DNA of 43,039 nucleotides from Nitrospiraceae bacterium (GTDB lineage Bacteria; Nitrospirota; Nitrospiria; Nitrospirales; UBA2166): NCBI GenBank assembly GCA_002726235.1, contig PBSN01000012.1, positions 62,001 to 105,039 of the forward strand, read 5' to 3'. Shown piece by piece: positions 37,947 to 43,039 of this stretch (position 1 is its first letter; each line of letters starts with the position of its first letter). The notes under the pieces were generated by a model. It saw only the letters and a program-made list of their open reading frames with translations, ran no database searches and was not told where the DNA came from. The position numbers and the translations under genes were made by a program.

Positions 37947-39524
37947 TCACTCCCATTCGATTGTGCTTGGGGGTTTTGTACTGAGGTCGTAGACGACGCG
38001 GTTGACGCCGTTGACTTCGTTCGTAATCCGGTGAGCGATACGTCCGAGCAGGTCGTGTGGGAGCCGGACCCAATCCGCAGTCATGCCATCGTCACTTTGC
38101 ACAGCACGAATCGCTATCACGTGTTCATATGATCGCTTGTCCCCTCGAATACCCACTGTTCTGACCGGAATAAGGACTGCAAAGGCTTGCCATACCTTGC
38201 GGCCCAATCCTGCCGGACAAACCTCCTCTTCGACGATCACGTCAGCTTCCCGTAGAATCTTCAGGGATGGCCGTGTCACCGGACCAATAATTCGAATTGC
38301 CAAGCCGGGGCCGGGAAATGGTTGCCGCCAAATCATAGTATCTGGAAGCCCGAGTTCGGTGCCTAAACGACGCACTTCGTCCTTGAACAGGTCGCGAAGT
38401 GGTTCGATGACTTTGAGTTTCATTCGTGCCGGCAGTCCACCGACATTGTGATGTGTCTTAATGATGGCAGATGGTCCGAGGGTGGCACCGCTTTCCACGA
38501 CGTCTGGGTACAGCGTTCCCTGAACAAGATAGGTGACAGGACTCTCTTTTGATTGTGCATTGATGAGCTTCGCTTCAGCCTCGAATACACGAATGAATTC
38601 GCGCCCGATAATTTTGCGTTTCCGTTCGGGATTTTCCACGTTTTTAAGTGCACGTAGAAATTGGGCGCTGGCATCGACATAACGAAGATTCAGCTTTAAA
38701 TGTGTTCGCAAACTTGCGAGGACAGCCTGCGCTTCATTCGCCCGCAATAATCCGTTGTTCACAAAGATGCAGGTGAGACGGTTGCCAACCGCACGATGAG
38801 TGAGGCTTGCCGCCACAGTGGAATCGACTCCGCCGCTTAGTGCGCAGATGATGTGGCCTGAGGGAGCTTGTTTCTGCACCGTTGCAACCATCGGGTCAAT
38901 CCATGATGTTGTGTTCCACGTTTCCAGGCATCCGCACACACGATGGACGAAATTACGGATGATCTGCGTCCCTTTGGGGGTATGGACGACCTCCGGGTGA
39001 AACTGTAATCCAAACACTTGACGCGTCTTATCGCGCATTGCAGCAATGGGCGCATTGGCAGTATGCGCGATTGATGTGAAGCCAGAGGGGAGACGATCGA
39101 TACGATCTCCATGACTCATCCATACTGGGGTGCCCATATTCTTTTTCCCGATCTGATGGAACAGGTCTGAGGTATCGTCAAACTTCAATGTCGCTGGTCC
39201 GTATTCTCGCTTTGCTGTACGGCTTACCTTTCCGCCTTTTGTCTGTGCAATGACTTGCATCCCGTAGCAAATCCCAAGAATGGGGATACCGAGGGAAAAG
39301 AGTTTTTGGGAGGCTTTTGGAGCGCCAAGGAGGTAACTGCTGGCGGGTCCGCCTGACAGGATGAGCCCCTTCGGACGCAAGTGCCTAATTTGAGCCATTG
39401 AGGCGTTAAAAGGGAGGATAGAAGAATAGACGTTGGCTTCCCGAACACGACGAGCGAGGAGCTGTGTGTACTGGGACCCGAAGTCCAGAATCAGGATATT
39501 ATCCTGGTGTGATGCCAGTCTCAC
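37947..39524 (-). CDS. guaA: GMP synthase (glutamine-hydrolysing)
   Basis: LDFGSQY, GICYGMQ, QFHPEV, LSGGVDS, IKTHHNVGGLP, PFPGPGL, KPPSTIEWE; GTG 39524 chosen as start. Confidence 0.97.
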   Translation of the reverse strand: MRLASHQDNILILDFGSQYTQLLARRVREANVYSSILPFNASMAQIRHLRPKGLILSGGPASSYLLGAPKASQKLFSLGIPILGICYGMQVIAQTKGGKVSRTAKREYGPATLKFDDTSDLFHQIGKKNMGTPVWMSHGDRIDRLPSGFTSIAHTANAPIAAMRDKTRQVFGLQFHPEVVHTPKGTQIIRNFVHRVCGCLETWNTTSWIDPMVATVQKQAPSGHIICALSGGVDSTVAASLTHRAVGNRLTCIFVNNGLLRANEAQAVLASLRTHLKLNLRYVDASAQFLRALKNVENPERKRKIIGREFIRVFEAEAKLINAQSKESPVTYLVQGTLYPDVVESGATLGPSAIIKTHHNVGGLPARMKLKVIEPLRDLFKDEVRRLGTELGLPDTMIWRQPFPGPGLAIRIIGPVTRPSLKILREADVIVEEEVCPAGLGRKVWQAFAVLIPVRTVGIRGDKRSYEHVIAIRAVQSDDGMTADWVRLPHDLLGRIAHRITNEVNGVNRVVYDLSTKPPSTIEWE

Positions 39525-39547
39525 TATGTCTGTTCCACATTGCCATC

Positions 39548-41032
<1,485 letters not shown>

Positions 41033-41054
41033 TCAGCGTTTTTCGTAGGGCATC

Positions 41055-41083
41055 AACCTAACATAGGGATGTAACATGGTCAA
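41055..41083 (-). promoter_or_regulatory. Sigma70 promoter of guaBA
   Basis: TTGACC-17 bp-TAGGTT with TGn extended -10, about 40 bp upstream of guaB. Confidence 0.55.
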
Positions 41084-41213
41084 GGTCGACAAAAGCCATA
41101 ACATGTCAGGATCTGGCATTAAATATTGACATTCAAGGATTCATTGTTGCTTACGTGGTGTCGATACGATTTCCGATGCAATAAACCAATGCAAGTGCTC
41201 TTTGCGAGCTTTC

Positions 41214-41242
41214 TTGACAGGGTCTAGGCCCTATGGTAGCGT
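41214..41242 (+). promoter_or_regulatory. Sigma70 promoter of aminotransferase-serA operon
   Basis: TTGACA-17 bp-TAGCGT with TGn extended -10, about 30 bp upstream of ATG 41273. Confidence 0.55.
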
Positions 41243-41272
41243 CGCTGATTCACTTAAAAAGGAGTAGTGAGT

Positions 41273-42415
41273 ATGCAGAAACGTTACCTGTTTGCGCCCG
41301 GACCAACCCAAGTGCCTCCGGAGGTGTTGTTGGCGATGGCAAGTCCGATGATTCATCACCGGGCTCCAGATTTTGTTGAGTTGTTTGAGCAGGTTCAGGC
41401 CGATCTCCAGTGGCTGTTTCAGACCACGAATGACGTGTTGGTTTTGGCTTCCTCTGGCACAGGAGGGATGGAAGGATCAGTCGCAAACTTCCTGTCACCT
41501 GGCGACAAAGCGATCGTGGTCAACATGGGAAAGTTTGGAGAGCGCTGGGGTAAAATTTGTAAATCCTTTGGTGTTGTCGTCGACGAAATTACGGTGGAAT
41601 GGGGGTATGCCGTCGATCCCAAGCAGATCATCGATGCGCTGAAGAAGAACCCTGATACCAAAGCCGTCTTTATTCAGGCTAGTGAGACATCAACTGGGGT
41701 TGCCAACGATACACAGGCCATTGCCGATATTATTCGCCCCCTTGCGGACACAATTCTTGTGGTTGATGCGATTACCGCTTTGGGCGTATTGGACATTCGC
41801 ACAGATGCATGGGGTATTGATGTTGTCGTGACAGGGTCGCAGAAAGCGTTGATGCTTCCTCCCGGCTTGGCGTTCGTGAGTATTAGCGAGAAAGCGTGGG
41901 CACTCGCGGACAAGGCGAACAATGTTTTTTACTACAACTTTAAGAAGGAAGCTGAATCGCAACGCAAACAACAGACGGCCTTTACGCCTGCAGTGAGTCT
42001 GATTGTTGGCTTGAAAGAAGCGTTACGGATGTTGAAAGCGGAGGGGCTGGAGAACATTTTCTTGCGTCACGTGCGCCTTGCCAATGCTATGCGAGAAGGG
42101 GTGAAGGCAACGGGTCTTTCCATTTTTCCCAAGGAGTGCCCAAGCAACGCGCTAACGGCAATTCAAGCGCCTGATGGCATTGATGGGCAGAAGGTTTATT
42201 CTCGGTTACGCCAGTCCTATGGGGTGACTGCTGCTGGAGGTCAGGATCATCTTAAGGGAAAGATCTTTCGGATTGCACATATGGGGTATGTTGACACCTT
42301 TGACGTTATCATGGCCCTTTCTGCGGTCGAGATGGTTTTAAAGGATCTCGGTCACCCCGTGTTGCTAGGTGCTGGGGTGGGTAAGGCCGAAGAACTGCTC
42401 AGGAAGCCGATATGA
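41273..42415 (+). CDS. Class V aminotransferase (alanine-glyoxylate/serine-pyruvate family)
   Basis: LFAPGPT, SSGTGGME, GKFGERW, ETSTG, VDAIT, GSQKALMLPPGL, GGQDHL...FRIAHMG; AAGGAG SD. Confidence 0.92.
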   Translation: MQKRYLFAPGPTQVPPEVLLAMASPMIHHRAPDFVELFEQVQADLQWLFQTTNDVLVLASSGTGGMEGSVANFLSPGDKAIVVNMGKFGERWGKICKSFGVVVDEITVEWGYAVDPKQIIDALKKNPDTKAVFIQASETSTGVANDTQAIADIIRPLADTILVVDAITALGVLDIRTDAWGIDVVVTGSQKALMLPPGLAFVSISEKAWALADKANNVFYYNFKKEAESQRKQQTAFTPAVSLIVGLKEALRMLKAEGLENIFLRHVRLANAMREGVKATGLSIFPKECPSNALTAIQAPDGIDGQKVYSRLRQSYGVTAAGGQDHLKGKIFRIAHMGYVDTFDVIMALSAVEMVLKDLGHPVLLGAGVGKAEELLRKPI

Positions 42416-43039
42416 AGGTTCTGATTAGTGATGTGCTCTCAGAGAATGGCGTCAAAATTCTCCGAGATTCTGGGCTGGATGTCGATGTGAATACTAAGCT
42501 TTCGAACGAAGAGTTGCAGGGGAAAATTGCACAATACAACGGACTCGTGATCCGTTCGGCGACCAAAGTAAATGCGAAGGTGATTGAAGCCGCAACTAAC
42601 TTAAAAGTGGTTGGGCGTGCAGGGAGTGGGGTAGATAATGTGGATCTTCCCGCGGCGACGAAGCGTGGGATTGTCGTGATGAATACTCCAGGAGGTAATA
42701 CCATTACCACAGCGGAACACGCCTTTGCCATGATGTTGTCGCTTGCCAGAAAAATTCCTCAGGCGACAGCCTCCATGAAAGCGGGCAAGTGGGAAAAGTC
42801 CAAGTTTATGGGGATGGAACTGCAGGAGAAAGTTCTGGGCATTGTCGGGCTTGGGCAGATCGGTAGCTATTTGGTCAAGCTTGCACAAGGCGCTTCGATG
42901 AAGGTGATAGCGAACGATCCCTATTTGGCTGAGGATCGTGCACGCGAGATGGGCGTTGAACTCGTCGGCCTTTCTGAGCTGTATCGTCGCGCTGATATCA
43001 TTTCTATCCATACCACCATGACCAATGAGACCAAGCATA
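42412..43039 (+). CDS. serA: D-3-phosphoglycerate dehydrogenase (3'-truncated by window edge)
   Basis: Absent from the ORF track. Manual translation from ATG 42412 gives MKVLISD...IRSATKV...GRAGSGVDNVD...NTPGGNTITTAEH...GIVGLGQIG; ATGA overlap with upstream gene. Confidence 0.95.
   Translation, partial: MKVLISDVLSENGVKILRDSGLDVDVNTKLSNEELQGKIAQYNGLVIRSATKVNAKVIEAATNLKVVGRAGSGVDNVDLPAATKRGIVVMNTPGGNTITTAEHAFAMMLSLARKIPQATASMKAGKWEKSKFMGMELQEKVLGIVGLGQIGSYLVKLAQGASMKVIANDPYLAEDRAREMGVELVGLSELYRRADIISIHTTMTNETKH

Noticed and set aside
42399..43038. Minus-strand ORFs of 110 and 145 aa
   Set aside because: Antisense shadows of serA.

Overview
Bacterial chromosomal segment of roughly 50% GC. A Nitrospirota-like diderm is inferred from protein style and the ChdC/Cld-family protein; this is not proven. 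Core genes in order: partial rph, slyD, FmdB-type zinc ribbon, aspartate aminotransferase, coaD, rsmD, a ChdC/chlorite-dismutase-family heme protein, a speD-speE-speA polyamine operon, a LOG-family protein, tkt, aspS, rluB, guaA, guaB, a class-V aminotransferase and partial serA. There are three accessory or envelope blocks. (1) A co-oriented ferritin-like + TRAP (dctPQM) + double-mlaE/mlaF/mlaD (MCE) + CcmI-C-domain cluster at 14.3-21.9 kb. This is the best candidate for an undescribed system, possibly hydrophobic-ligand transport. (2) A surface-polysaccharide cluster: wcaJ-like priming transferase and three GT4s, plus a divergent SAM methyltransferase and a GT4-coiled coil-GT4 fusion. (3) An AT-rich, integrase-less ~3.1 kb restriction-modification island directly behind the guaA stop codon, encoding a PLD/NgoFVII-type nuclease, a C5 methyltransferase and a frameshifted vsr. 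No rRNA, tRNA or CRISPR array was recognised. All family calls come from motif recognition by eye; no database search was run.
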